Assembly: GCA_963846575.1 (NCBI GenBank)
Contig: CAWJWJ010000002.1
Location: forward strand, 224,001-288,000
Length of the DNA stretch: 64,000 bases
Source of the DNA: an uncultured Nitrospiraceae bacterium
GTDB lineage: Bacteria > Nitrospirota > Nitrospiria > Nitrospirales > Nitrospiraceae
Reading direction: 5' to 3'
The notes under the pieces are model-generated. The model ran no database searches and had not been told where the DNA came from. It saw only the letters and a program-made list of their open reading frames with translations. Shown here piece by piece: positions 29,511 to 38,571 of the stretch (positions are counted from its first letter, which is position 1; the number at the start of each line of letters is the position of its first letter). The translations under genes were made by a program, and so were the position numbers.

Positions 29511-30542
29511 GTGCCGATTGTGAATTCCACCATCGCGAATGGTCTTATGCTCGTGCTTCTGTTGGGGACGGGATGCGCCGGCGGCGAGGTCCGCCCTACC
29601 CCGGTGGTGGTCAAGCGCACCCAGATGCATATGGGCACTCTTGTCACGGTGACGGCGGTTGCACCCAACAGGTCCGGCGCGCAAGAGGCGGCGTCCGCGG
29701 GATTTCGAGAGATCCATCGGCTGGAAGAGTTGCTCAGTACATGGATCGCGACCAGCGAAGTGTCTCGTGTGAATGCAAAGGCCGGGAGGGAGGTTGTCGC
29801 AGTCGGTGCGGATACGATGCGTCTTCTGGAAAAGTCGCTCGAAATGGCTCGATTGACGGAGGGCGGCTTTAATGTCCTGGTGGGGCCCGCCGTTGAGGCG
29901 TGGAGCGTGATAGATCGGCAGCAAGTTCCATCGGACGCGACTCTGCATGCGATTCGCCCGCTCACGGATCTGAGATCGCTGCACCTGAATCCCGAGCAGG
30001 GGACAGTCTATCTGGCGAAGACGGGTATGCGGGTGGATGTCGGCGGTATTGGAAAAGGGTATGCCGCTGACATGGCTGTCGCTGCGATGCAGAAGAGCGG
30101 AGCGACGGCGGGGGTCGTCGCCATATCCGGTGATATCAAGACGTTTGGAAGGCTTCCCGGCGGCACCAAATTTCCCTTCGGCATTCGCCATCCCCGGCGA
30201 GAGGACACTGTCCTGGGATTCATCGATCTTCAGGACGAAGCGATTTCGACGGCTGGAGACTATGAACGGTATTTCGAACGGGACGGGGTACGCTACCATC
30301 ACATTCTTGATCCGGTGACCCTGCAGCCGGCACGTGATTGTCAAAGCGTCACGATCGTCGCCCGGGATGGGATCACGGCGGATGGGTTGGATACCGGGGT
30401 TTTCGTGATGGGGCGGGAGCGGGGGCTGGCCCTGATTGAACAGTTGCCGGGAGTCGGCGCGGTTATCGTAGATCGCGAGGGAAAGGTTTGGGTCTCTTCG
30501 TATCTCGCAGGGAGGATGAGGATCAATGATGTTCGCGAGTAA
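29511..30542 (+). CDS. apbE: FAD:protein FMN transferase (ApbE family), lipoprotein
   Basis: Lipobox GTGC; MGT, SEVSRVN, DVGGIGKGYAAD, STAGDYER, HHILDP, ADGLDT. Confidence 0.95.
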   Translation: MPIVNSTIANGLMLVLLLGTGCAGGEVRPTPVVVKRTQMHMGTLVTVTAVAPNRSGAQEAASAGFREIHRLEELLSTWIATSEVSRVNAKAGREVVAVGADTMRLLEKSLEMARLTEGGFNVLVGPAVEAWSVIDRQQVPSDATLHAIRPLTDLRSLHLNPEQGTVYLAKTGMRVDVGGIGKGYAADMAVAAMQKSGATAGVVAISGDIKTFGRLPGGTKFPFGIRHPRREDTVLGFIDLQDEAISTAGDYERYFERDGVRYHHILDPVTLQPARDCQSVTIVARDGITADGLDTGVFVMGRERGLALIEQLPGVGAVIVDREGKVWVSSYLAGRMRINDVRE

Positions 30543-30909
30543 GTGGCCCGGTTGCGACCGTTTCCGCCTGTATCTGGTTGGGACGCCGTTCGAGGGAATT
30601 CGGCAGCCGAAAAGGGTATTCGGTTCGATCCTGGCTGGAGTGGTCATGCTGGTGGCCTGCAGCTCGGGCGGTAAATATTTCCAAGACGGCGTGAATGAGG
30701 CGACGCAAGCCATGGTTGGCAAGCGGTACGGCACGCCTCACAAGGTTCGCTCCTACGACGGCGGTGAAACCTGGACCTATTTCGAGCGTGGGAGTGGGAC
30801 CGCAGGGTTCAGCGGGCAGGTGCGAAGTGCTGCATGTCAGGCGTATGTCCTGACGTTCGATACGCAGACCGTGTTGCGAGGCTGGCAGAAGCAGCCTTGT
30901 GAAGGTTAG
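30526..30909 (+). CDS. Small lipoprotein, SmpA/OmlA(BamE)-like fold
   Basis: Lipobox LVAC; V...YGTP......ETWTY pattern; true start probably downstream of 30526. Confidence 0.6.
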   Translation: MMFASKWPGCDRFRLYLVGTPFEGIRQPKRVFGSILAGVVMLVACSSGGKYFQDGVNEATQAMVGKRYGTPHKVRSYDGGETWTYFERGSGTAGFSGQVRSAACQAYVLTFDTQTVLRGWQKQPCEG

Positions 30910-30920
30910 TCGGTTCCCTG

Positions 30921-31880
30921 TTACCGGCCAAGGCGGTAACTGAGGGGAATCTGAATCGTCACCGGGGATTTCTCGAGCGGCCGCGATAACGCGATCGGTG
31001 AGGCTCGACGGAGTGTGTCGAGTGCGGCCTGATCGAGGACGTCGTGCCCGGAGCTCTTTGCAATCGCGATAGAGGCGATCCTCCCGTCATCTTCGATCAC
31101 AATTCTCAGGATCACGCGACCTTCCAGATGGTTCAGTCGTGCGGAGGCAGGATATTGCTTCAGCGATTCGATTCTCTGGAGAAGGGAATCGGCGAGCCAT
31201 CCGTAGTCGGGTTTCCGGACCCCGGGGGGCGCGATCGCTGGCGAAGGTACCGACGCGACGTGCGGATTTGAAGTTTCCGGGTGAGGCGCCGCCGCTGACT
31301 CCGGCAACCGGGTGGACGGATCAACAGGAGGAGAAGCATGCGCTTCCAGCGGAGCCGGTGTCTGCTGAAGAGCAGGCAGATCCTCAGGGGTTGCCGTTGA
31401 CGGCATCCCTCCAGAGTGTGGAACGTCCGGCTCACTTGTCATCCGCTGCTGTTCCTGAACAGGCTCAGGTGTGCTCTCAGCTAAGGGCTGTCGAGATTCA
31501 ACATATTGAGGTGTGGGCTCTGAATTGTGGGGCGGATGGCCGGGAGCTGTGGTCGTCAGGGGCGGTACCGGTGCGGCTTGGGACGGTTTGACGGATGGAC
31601 TGCTGCGTGCCTTCTTAGCAGACGGGCCTGGAGGTCTTGGTTTAGGATTCTCGGGAGCAGCGGTCGCTTCGGAGGGCCCCGGCTCCCCGGTGCCGGGGTC
31701 TGCTGGATGAACAACCGTCACATCCCATTGAAACAACGGAGAGGGAGGCGCCAGGCGGATTTTAGCTACCAGGAGGCCTGCCAGGAAGATGATACCGACA
31801 TGGAGAGATAGTGAGACGATCCACCCGCTGGTCCGGAGTCGGAACAGGTCGCCGGGTATCCCGGGGTGCTGGGTGGTCAC
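30921..31880 (-). CDS. tonB: Energy transducer TonB
   Basis: TM with SLSLH, Pro-rich linker, C-terminal YPASARLNHLEGRV...SSGHDVLDQAAL. Confidence 0.92.
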   Translation of the reverse strand: MTTQHPGIPGDLFRLRTSGWIVSLSLHVGIIFLAGLLVAKIRLAPPSPLFQWDVTVVHPADPGTGEPGPSEATAAPENPKPRPPGPSAKKARSSPSVKPSQAAPVPPLTTTAPGHPPHNSEPTPQYVESRQPLAESTPEPVQEQQRMTSEPDVPHSGGMPSTATPEDLPALQQTPAPLEAHASPPVDPSTRLPESAAAPHPETSNPHVASVPSPAIAPPGVRKPDYGWLADSLLQRIESLKQYPASARLNHLEGRVILRIVIEDDGRIASIAIAKSSGHDVLDQAALDTLRRASPIALSRPLEKSPVTIQIPLSYRLGR

Positions 31881-32251
31881 AAACGCACAACCTCCAGACT
31901 CACAGATTGAAATCCCAATCCTCGTATCTCGTCTACGACTGAGACGAACCGCTCCAACATCGTCACTTTGTCGGCTCGGACGACGACCAGCGATTCACGG
32001 GGGTGCGCCAAAAGTACGGTTTTGAGGCCGTCCGCCGGTACCGGGCGATCGTTGAGAAAAAGTTCTCCCGATGCAGTCAGCGTAACCACCACCGGTACAT
32101 CTTTGCGGTCTCCGGCTTCCTTCGCTTTAGCAAGATTCACGGGGATCTGGCCGGTGCTGATGAAGGTTGCAGTGGTCAGCACGATGACGAGCAACACCAA
32201 CATCACATCTACCAGAGGAATGACGTTGATCTGATTGACCTCACGTTCCAT
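31877..32251 (-). CDS. exbD: Biopolymer transport protein ExbD
   Basis: INVIPLVDVMLVLLVI, VVRADK. Confidence 0.95.
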   Translation of the reverse strand: MEREVNQINVIPLVDVMLVLLVIVLTTATFISTGQIPVNLAKAKEAGDRKDVPVVVTLTASGELFLNDRPVPADGLKTVLLAHPRESLVVVRADKVTMLERFVSVVDEIRGLGFQSVSLEVVRL

Positions 32252-32666
32252 GTTGAGCCCTATACGTGGTCAGCAGTTCCGCCACTCGGCGCCGCAACAC
32301 ATTGTTCATGACGACGCAGGGAATGGCGACGAGCAGGCCGACGGCGGTGGCCTTCAGGGCTAGGCTCAAGCCGATCATGATGGTATTGACCGCCATCGTG
32401 CCGGAGGTCCCCATCGTGTGGAACGTCATCATAATTCCGAGCACGGTCCCCAGCAGCCCGATATAGGGGGCATTGGCGGCCACCGTGCCAATGATGACCA
32501 ACCTTTTCGTCAGCGCCATTTCGAAAGTCTGCGCATCGGAAAATTGTGACGGATCCACACGTCTATAATAGAGCCACCGCTCAACGGCGACTGCGACCGA
32601 CCACACGCTCAGTGCAATCAGGAGCCCGATAATTCCATATTCCACTGCATTTTTCAGCGCGTCCAT
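32241..32666 (-). CDS. exbB: TonB-system energizer ExbB (short form)
   Basis: NAPYIGLLGTVLGIM, LSLALKATAVGLLVAIP; ATG 32666 after GGAGG. Confidence 0.94.
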   Translation of the reverse strand: MDALKNAVEYGIIGLLIALSVWSVAVAVERWLYYRRVDPSQFSDAQTFEMALTKRLVIIGTVAANAPYIGLLGTVLGIMMTFHTMGTSGTMAVNTIMIGLSLALKATAVGLLVAIPCVVMNNVLRRRVAELLTTYRAQHGT

Positions 32667-32776
32667 TCGTCGATCCTCCACCTCTCAAGTTTTTATCTTG
32701 TCGCCCGGCGGGACATTCCATTGATTTCGGCCTTATGCCGCGGACCTGCGACGGGCCTTAGCTTCCATCGGGCCGC

Positions 32777-33925
32777 TTACGTGTCCGGACGTGAGTCGGA
32801 CGGCTGTGGAAAAAGCACCGTATGCGTGGCCACCACATGCAACGCAATGGCCGTTCCCACCTCATAAATGCTCAGGGACGACTCGCTGCTATGGATGAGT
32901 TGTCCCGACTGGAGTTGAATCGTGTAAAGATTCTCGGATCCCTTGAACTGTCTCCCCAGGATGCGGGCATTCGCTCCCTTGGCAGGGGTGATGTGAATAT
33001 CATCCGGACGAATCATGACATGTACCCTGGTGCCCGTGGAGAAATTCCTGGTGTTGGGGAATTGTCCGATTTCGGTCGTAACCTGGTCACCCGTGACGAG
33101 ACCGGAGATGAAGTCCGCTTGTCCGACAAAGTCTGCCACGAATGGGGTGGTCGGCAGGTGATAAATTGCCTCAGGGGTGTCGAATTGCTCCAATCGGCCA
33201 CGGTGTAACACTGCGATCCGGTCCGCCATGGCGAAGGCTTCGTCGTGGTCATGCGTGACCAGAATCGCCGTCGTTTTTGTTTGTCGTAGCAGGGTGTGAA
33301 GATCCTGCCGCATTCGACTGGCCATGTCAGGGTCGAGGTTGCTGAATGGTTCGTCCAGCAGCAAGAGCACCGGTCGGGGGGCCAATGCACGGGCGAGTGC
33401 GACGCGTTGCTGTTGCCCCCCGGAGAGTTCGTGCGGATAACGCTGTTCGAGGCCGCGCAACCCGGTGAGCGTGAGCAGATCATCAACCACAGCCTTCTGC
33501 TGAGAACGCGACAGATGATGGAGCCCGAAGGCGATATTCTTCTCGACGCGCAAATGGGGAAATAATGCATATTCCTGGAATACCATGCCGATGTGACGCT
33601 GCTCGGTCGGAACCAGGGTGTCACTCGAAGACACCAGCTGTCCCGATAAGGCAATGCTACCGGCGACGACCCTCTCAAATCCCGCAATTGCGCGTAAGAT
33701 CGTAGTCTTGCCACATCCGGAGGGACCCAGGAGGCAGAGGATTTCTCCTTGCTGGACCGTAAAGGTAATCTCTTCGACCGCCGGTCTGGCCGGCTCGTAC
33801 GCACAGGCAACCTCCCGCAATTCAAGGACGGGTGAATGCGTGACGGTCAGGTCGTCGGCCTCCGGCGAGGGGACTGTCGTAAGACCTGGTGGTTTGCTGG
33901 GGCTCGAGTCCCTCAAGTCATTCAC
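32777..33925 (-). CDS. Fe(III) ABC transporter ATP-binding subunit (FbpC/FutC-like)
   Basis: GPSGCGKT, LSGGQQQR, LLLDEP, TOBE tail; GTG start overlaps the permease stop (GTGA). Confidence 0.9.
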   Translation of the reverse strand: MNDLRDSSPSKPPGLTTVPSPEADDLTVTHSPVLELREVACAYEPARPAVEEITFTVQQGEILCLLGPSGCGKTTILRAIAGFERVVAGSIALSGQLVSSSDTLVPTEQRHIGMVFQEYALFPHLRVEKNIAFGLHHLSRSQQKAVVDDLLTLTGLRGLEQRYPHELSGGQQQRVALARALAPRPVLLLLDEPFSNLDPDMASRMRQDLHTLLRQTKTTAILVTHDHDEAFAMADRIAVLHRGRLEQFDTPEAIYHLPTTPFVADFVGQADFISGLVTGDQVTTEIGQFPNTRNFSTGTRVHVMIRPDDIHITPAKGANARILGRQFKGSENLYTIQLQSGQLIHSSESSLSIYEVGTAIALHVVATHTVLFPQPSDSRPDT

Positions 33926-35526
33926 GTGACGATCTCCCGCTCTTGCCCTCGCCAATCCCTGGCGACCAACAGAAGTAATGCCGGTAGGCTCAGGAGGACA
34001 ATCAGCAGGGCGGCAGGCGCGGCCAGTTGATAATATTCCTCGCTGGCTTCTAACCAGACTCGAATAGCCAGTGTATCAAATCCGACCGGGCGCAGTAGAA
34101 GGGTGGCTGGAAGTTCCTTCATGGTCTGTAGAAACATTAAGACCCACGCGGTGATACAGCCACTCTGGATCAGGGGAAGCGTGACACGCCGCAGAGTCTG
34201 GCGAATTGTGCAGCCCAATGTCCGTGCGACTTCCTCCACATTGGGCGTCACCTGTTGCAGGGCCGGCTCCATGGATTGGAGCCCGACCGGAATGAAATGT
34301 AGGACGTAGGCGATGAGCAATACGATGATGGAGCCGTACAGGGCTGGCACGAACTGGGTGAAGAGCACAAGGACGGCGAGAGCGGTGACCGGCCCGGGTA
34401 GCGCGTACCCCGCATAGGCGGCCTGAAGACAGGCGAGGTTAAGCCGCGATGGCCGCCGGCTGGCCAGGTAGGCTAGCGGGAGGCCGATCAGAACGGCCGC
34501 TCCGGCGGCCGAAGCCGACAAAAAAGCACTATTCCAGACAAAGCCGAAAAACCGCGCATCCAAGGCTCCCTGCGAAACGGCTGCCACACTCCACTGAATC
34601 AACATAACCGCGGGAATTCCGAAAGAGACCCCGAAGACGAGCATGACGTAGGCGGTCAGGAGCGCGGTCCCGAGGGGGCCTTCGCGACGACGGGCCGAAC
34701 TGCGGTATCGGCCGGAAGTCTGGTAAAAACGACTGCGTTGACGAAACCATCGTTCAGTCACGAGAAAAACAATGGCCATCAGGACGAGCAGGACACTGAG
34801 GATGCTGGCCGCGCTCTGATCGTACCGGCCGGTCATCTGTTGATAGACCGCATAGGTCAGCGTTTGGTAACGGAGAAGCGATACGGCTCCGAAATCCGAC
34901 ACGACATACAAAATCACGAGCGCAAGCCCTGCGGCAATGGCAGGACGAATCAGCGGCAGAGTCACGCGCCACAGTGTCTTCCAGGCCGGGACGCCGCAGG
35001 CTCGTGCCACCTCTTCGAAGGAGACATTGAGATTGACAAGGGCGCTTCGAGCCAGCAGGTAGACGAATGGAAAGGTATCGAGGGCCATGATGACCGTGAC
35101 GCCGAGGAAGCTGTTGGGAGAAATGAGCCTCGCATCAGGTCCCCAAAGGGACTGCCACCACTCTTCCACAGGGCCGCCCATGCCCATGAGATGGGCATAC
35201 ACATAGGCCAGCACATAGGTCGGCATGGCAAGGGGAAGCACGATGGCCCATTCCCAGATCCGGCGGCCGGGAAACTCATAACGAACCATGATCCAGGCCA
35301 GGGAGACGCCGAGCACGAGCGTGGTCATGGCTACGCTCGTGGCGAGGGAGAGAGTGTTCCATAACAGTTCGGGAATGCGCGTCGACAGGAGGCGGTGCCA
35401 TACCGCCGGGGCAGCGGTCAGCGCCGTGTAGATAATATAAATTGTGGGAAGAATCAGGCATCCGGCAGTGATCAGGCTGATCCACTGGAGGGGAGAGGGT
35501 AGGCTGAACCTCGTGGCGGTGACCAT
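33922..35526 (-). CDS. Fe(III) ABC transporter permease (FbpB/FutB-like)
   Basis: Two EAA-like loops (EEVARACG, EEVARTLG), DFGAV, MKELPATLLLRP. Confidence 0.92.
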   Translation of the reverse strand: MVTATRFSLPSPLQWISLITAGCLILPTIYIIYTALTAAPAVWHRLLSTRIPELLWNTLSLATSVAMTTLVLGVSLAWIMVRYEFPGRRIWEWAIVLPLAMPTYVLAYVYAHLMGMGGPVEEWWQSLWGPDARLISPNSFLGVTVIMALDTFPFVYLLARSALVNLNVSFEEVARACGVPAWKTLWRVTLPLIRPAIAAGLALVILYVVSDFGAVSLLRYQTLTYAVYQQMTGRYDQSAASILSVLLVLMAIVFLVTERWFRQRSRFYQTSGRYRSSARRREGPLGTALLTAYVMLVFGVSFGIPAVMLIQWSVAAVSQGALDARFFGFVWNSAFLSASAAGAAVLIGLPLAYLASRRPSRLNLACLQAAYAGYALPGPVTALAVLVLFTQFVPALYGSIIVLLIAYVLHFIPVGLQSMEPALQQVTPNVEEVARTLGCTIRQTLRRVTLPLIQSGCITAWVLMFLQTMKELPATLLLRPVGFDTLAIRVWLEASEEYYQLAAPAALLIVLLSLPALLLLVARDWRGQEREIVT

Positions 35527-35544
35527 AAGTGTTACAGGATGTGT

Positions 35545-36576
35545 TCAGCGAAGGCCGACCTGCTCGATCAGGGTGAGGGTCGGCTCCCGCAATTCCGCGA
35601 GTCGAGCGAGGGGAACCAGAGCCGCGCGGAAGGAGTGTCGGTCGACGAGGGCTGGATCCGCTTTGACGTCCGGATGAAGCGGATATTCTTTGTCAAGATC
35701 CGCAAACAGTTTCTGGCCGGCTTGCGCAACCAGAAATTCAATGAGCAGTTTGGCGCTGTCGACGTGCTTGGAGGCTCGCGTCACCCCGATTCCCGATACG
35801 TTCATAATCGCTCCCATGCCGCCCTCCTGCTGATCGGGCATGATCGCTGCGATCGGTGCGGTGGGTTGTGCGGCGAGATGACGATAAATGTAGTAGTGGT
35901 TGACGATGCCTGCCGCGACCTGACCTTTGGCCACAGCCTCTACAATCTGCGAGCTTTTCTGATAGACCTGTGTGCCGGCATTGGCCTTAAGACCCTGGAG
36001 GAATTGTTTGGTGCGGTCATCTCCGACGGTCGCCTTAATGACGGACACGCCCGCTTGGAGATATTCACTGCCGGAATTGGGAATCGCAATTTTGTCTTTC
36101 CACTGCGGTTGTGCCAGGTCAAGCAACGATTTGATCTGATCGGGCTTCACGAGGGCCGTGTTGTACGCCACAATCCAGAAGCGGCCGGACAGGCCGATCC
36201 AACTATTGTCGGATGCGCGGTATTGAGAGGGAATCGCCCGTTCAACCTCCCGCATATTCATCGGCCTCAAGAGTTTGAGTTCCCGTGCCCGCTCAAGGCT
36301 GCCGGCGTCGTTCGTAAGGAAAACATCAGCGGGAGTGCGGTCACCTTCTGCCTGCAGGCGGTTGACAAGTTCGGTCGTGCCCGAGGACAGCAGTTCCACC
36401 TGGATGCCGCTTTTCGATTGGAATTCATCCAGGACGGGTTTGATGAGGCGCTCGGCTCGTCCCGAATACACGACCAGTTTGTCGGCGGCAAGCGCGGGGG
36501 ACGAGCTGGATGGAAAGAGGCTCAGGGTTCCTAGAATGACAGTCAGGACAAGAAATGTGCGGGGAGATGAAGCCAT
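35545..36576 (-). CDS. Fe(III) ABC transporter substrate-binding protein (FbpA/FutA-like)
   Basis: Signal peptide, VYSGR, EGDRTPADVF, tandem Tyr ligands in VNHYY, EYP. Confidence 0.92.
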   Translation of the reverse strand: MASSPRTFLVLTVILGTLSLFPSSSSPALAADKLVVYSGRAERLIKPVLDEFQSKSGIQVELLSSGTTELVNRLQAEGDRTPADVFLTNDAGSLERARELKLLRPMNMREVERAIPSQYRASDNSWIGLSGRFWIVAYNTALVKPDQIKSLLDLAQPQWKDKIAIPNSGSEYLQAGVSVIKATVGDDRTKQFLQGLKANAGTQVYQKSSQIVEAVAKGQVAAGIVNHYYIYRHLAAQPTAPIAAIMPDQQEGGMGAIMNVSGIGVTRASKHVDSAKLLIEFLVAQAGQKLFADLDKEYPLHPDVKADPALVDRHSFRAALVPLARLAELREPTLTLIEQVGLR

Positions 36577-36622
36577 GCGGCATGCCTCCAGATCGTCGGA
36601 CAGCCCGCTGGCCGCCTTATTT

Positions 36623-36673
36623 GAAATTGATAAGCCGTCTCAAGATGATACTGGATGCGAAGCGGTTCGTCAA
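36623..36673 (-). promoter_or_regulatory. Sigma70 promoter plus Fur-box-like site for the Fe ABC-exbBD-tonB operon
   Basis: Minus strand TTGACG (36673-36668)-N17-TATCAT (36650-36645); box GAAATTGATAAGCCGTCTC (36623-36641), 13/19 to consensus, just downstream of the -10. Confidence 0.8.
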
Positions 36674-37101
36674 TGCCGGCAACGCGAACAAAGGCCGTAC
36701 AGTTCGAGTCGATGGGTTTGTATGACAAAGCCGTTCTTGGTGGCGACCTCTTCCTGCAACCGTTCGATCTCGCAATTTTCGAACTCCACAATGGTTCCGC
36801 AGCCGGTGCAGATGAGGTGGTCGTGATGACCCTTGTGCGAGATGTTGTCGTACTGCGTCTGGGTGCCGAAATGTCGGGCTTGGGCGATTCCGGCTTCGCA
36901 GAACAGGTTTAGGGTGCGGTAGATGGTGGCCAGGCCGAGGTGGGGATCTTTCTTGGCGAGCTGATGATACATCGATTCCGCCGTGATGTGTTCCTGTCGG
37001 AGAAATGCCGTCAGGATCAGTTCCCGCTGGCGGGTCAGCTTGAGTTGATGCTTTGCCAGGTGCTGGCGAAGCACGTCCATTTCTTTAATGGTTTTAGTCA
37101 T
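36670..37101 (-). CDS. fur: Ferric uptake regulator
   Basis: TRQRELIL, ATIYRTL, HHDHLICTGC, C-terminal CSRC; sits in an iron-uptake locus. Confidence 0.92.
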   Translation of the reverse strand: MTKTIKEMDVLRQHLAKHQLKLTRQRELILTAFLRQEHITAESMYHQLAKKDPHLGLATIYRTLNLFCEAGIAQARHFGTQTQYDNISHKGHHDHLICTGCGTIVEFENCEIERLQEEVATKNGFVIQTHRLELYGLCSRCRH

Positions 37102-37253
37102 GGCATGGCTCAGTATGAGCGAGGCCCATTAAAGACGAAACTGCCACGATGGGTCAAGGGGGCGAAGAAGATGGGCGCCCTGACGATTGACGAACAGAAA
37201 TGCTCCTGGCTATAGTCCTACCCGGTTGCGGAATACCGAAGGAGATCTGACAC

Positions 37254-37817
37254 GTGCGGAAACCTCATGAAATGACAATCGATAGAGCACTGCTGTTGTA
37301 CGTCTTATCGCAGGCCGAGCCCTACGGGTTGCTGAGCGATGTCAAACTCCAGCAGCTCTGTTTTCTGTGCGAACTCCAGATGTTCGGAAAGGGCGTGAAG
37401 GGGTTCCATTTTGAATTCGTTCGGTTTGCTTATGGGGCCTTCAGTCGGGATCTCGACAACGATTTGACCTCGCTTCGGCGCAAAGAGCGGGTTGAAAACT
37501 TCAGTCCCTCCGACCAGGTCCGCGATGAGGTGATTCCGCTGCTCTTGAAAGCGATCGAAGGGAATGAGACCAACGAGCAAGTGCGGGATCTTATGCAAGC
37601 GGTCATCACCACGTACGGCCCTCAGGACGTCACGGCCATTACACAATCTGTCGAATCCGTGGAATTAAGTACGCCGCAACAGCCGGACTTTAAAATACCG
37701 ATTCGCGACATTGTGTTTCACACGACGTTACTGGTTCCTGCCCGGATTGAAGTGACCACAGAATTTACGCTCCCGGCGAATTATGCCGCCAAGCTGAATC
37801 TCGGGATGGGCTACTAG
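37254..37817 (+). CDS. Panacea (DUF4065/SocA)-like domain protein
   Basis: KLQQLCFLCE...FHFEFVRFAYGAFSRDL resembles the KLQKLLY...F....YGP.S pattern; promoter-like TTGACG-N18-TATAGT at 37187-37216. Confidence 0.6.
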   Translation: MRKPHEMTIDRALLLYVLSQAEPYGLLSDVKLQQLCFLCELQMFGKGVKGFHFEFVRFAYGAFSRDLDNDLTSLRRKERVENFSPSDQVRDEVIPLLLKAIEGNETNEQVRDLMQAVITTYGPQDVTAITQSVESVELSTPQQPDFKIPIRDIVFHTTLLVPARIEVTTEFTLPANYAAKLNLGMGY

Positions 37818-38047
37818 CGCCGAGTCAGAGCAGGAGCCTTCTCGTAGAGTGCCAGCGTTCGTGTGCGCCGCTCACTCATTTCGCATCCGGTATGTCCCCC
37901 CTCGACACACCCAGCTTCTCAAATCAGATCATGGCAGGGCCCGCTTCCACAGGCGAGCGACGAGATTCATCGGCAATCGCGCGGCGGCTCGGGTCAGGGG
38001 GGCACAGCGCCATGCGGACCTGGCAGAAGTTGGGGTCGAGATGGAGG

Positions 38048-38434
38048 TCAGCCGCGCCTGGGCAGAGCCAATGCCGCCTGAATCGTTTGAAGGATTGAGC
38101 TGGTTGCAACCGGTTCGACCAGGCAGTACTCGATCTGGAGCTCGCGAACGACCCGCTGAAACTTTTCACCCTCCCGGGCGGGATCGTGGAGGGCAGCTGT
38201 GACAATCAGACGGGCGGTTGGAAAGGTCTGCCGGAGTTCCACCAGGTCCTCCGGTCCCTGATCGTCGTCAGCCACAAGCCGTGCAATGACGAGATCCAGC
38301 TTGGAGGCCACGAGTTGACTGTGGGCTGCCTGAAGGCTGTCAGTATGGCGCACAAAATGCTCCATCCCCGGCAGCGCCAGCTTGACGAGCCGCTTCAGAT
38401 TGGGATCGGCATTGACGACGAGAATATTAGCCAT
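38048..38434 (-). CDS. Single-domain pseudo-receiver (CheY-like)
   Basis: ILVVNAD, LDLVIAR (phospho-Asp replaced by Ala), CLVEP (Lys replaced by Glu). Confidence 0.72.
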   Translation of the reverse strand: MANILVVNADPNLKRLVKLALPGMEHFVRHTDSLQAAHSQLVASKLDLVIARLVADDDQGPEDLVELRQTFPTARLIVTAALHDPAREGEKFQRVVRELQIEYCLVEPVATSSILQTIQAALALPRRG

Positions 38435-38571
38435 AGTCAACAATGAGAGTCGAACTACATCGTGAGTGATGCTGACGCATTGTCACGGAGGCGACGCCGG
38501 CAGTTGTTCTCACCCCATCGGCCTGTCCTGATGAATCGTCTCGCTGTCACATCTACCATATACCCATAGTA

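Noticed and set aside
29232..30734. 500-aa minus-strand ORF
   Set aside because: Antisense shadow of apbE and its neighbours; no recognisable motifs
35539..36534. 331-aa plus-strand ORF (likewise 14230-15219 and 55038-56075)
   Set aside because: Antisense to well-supported genes
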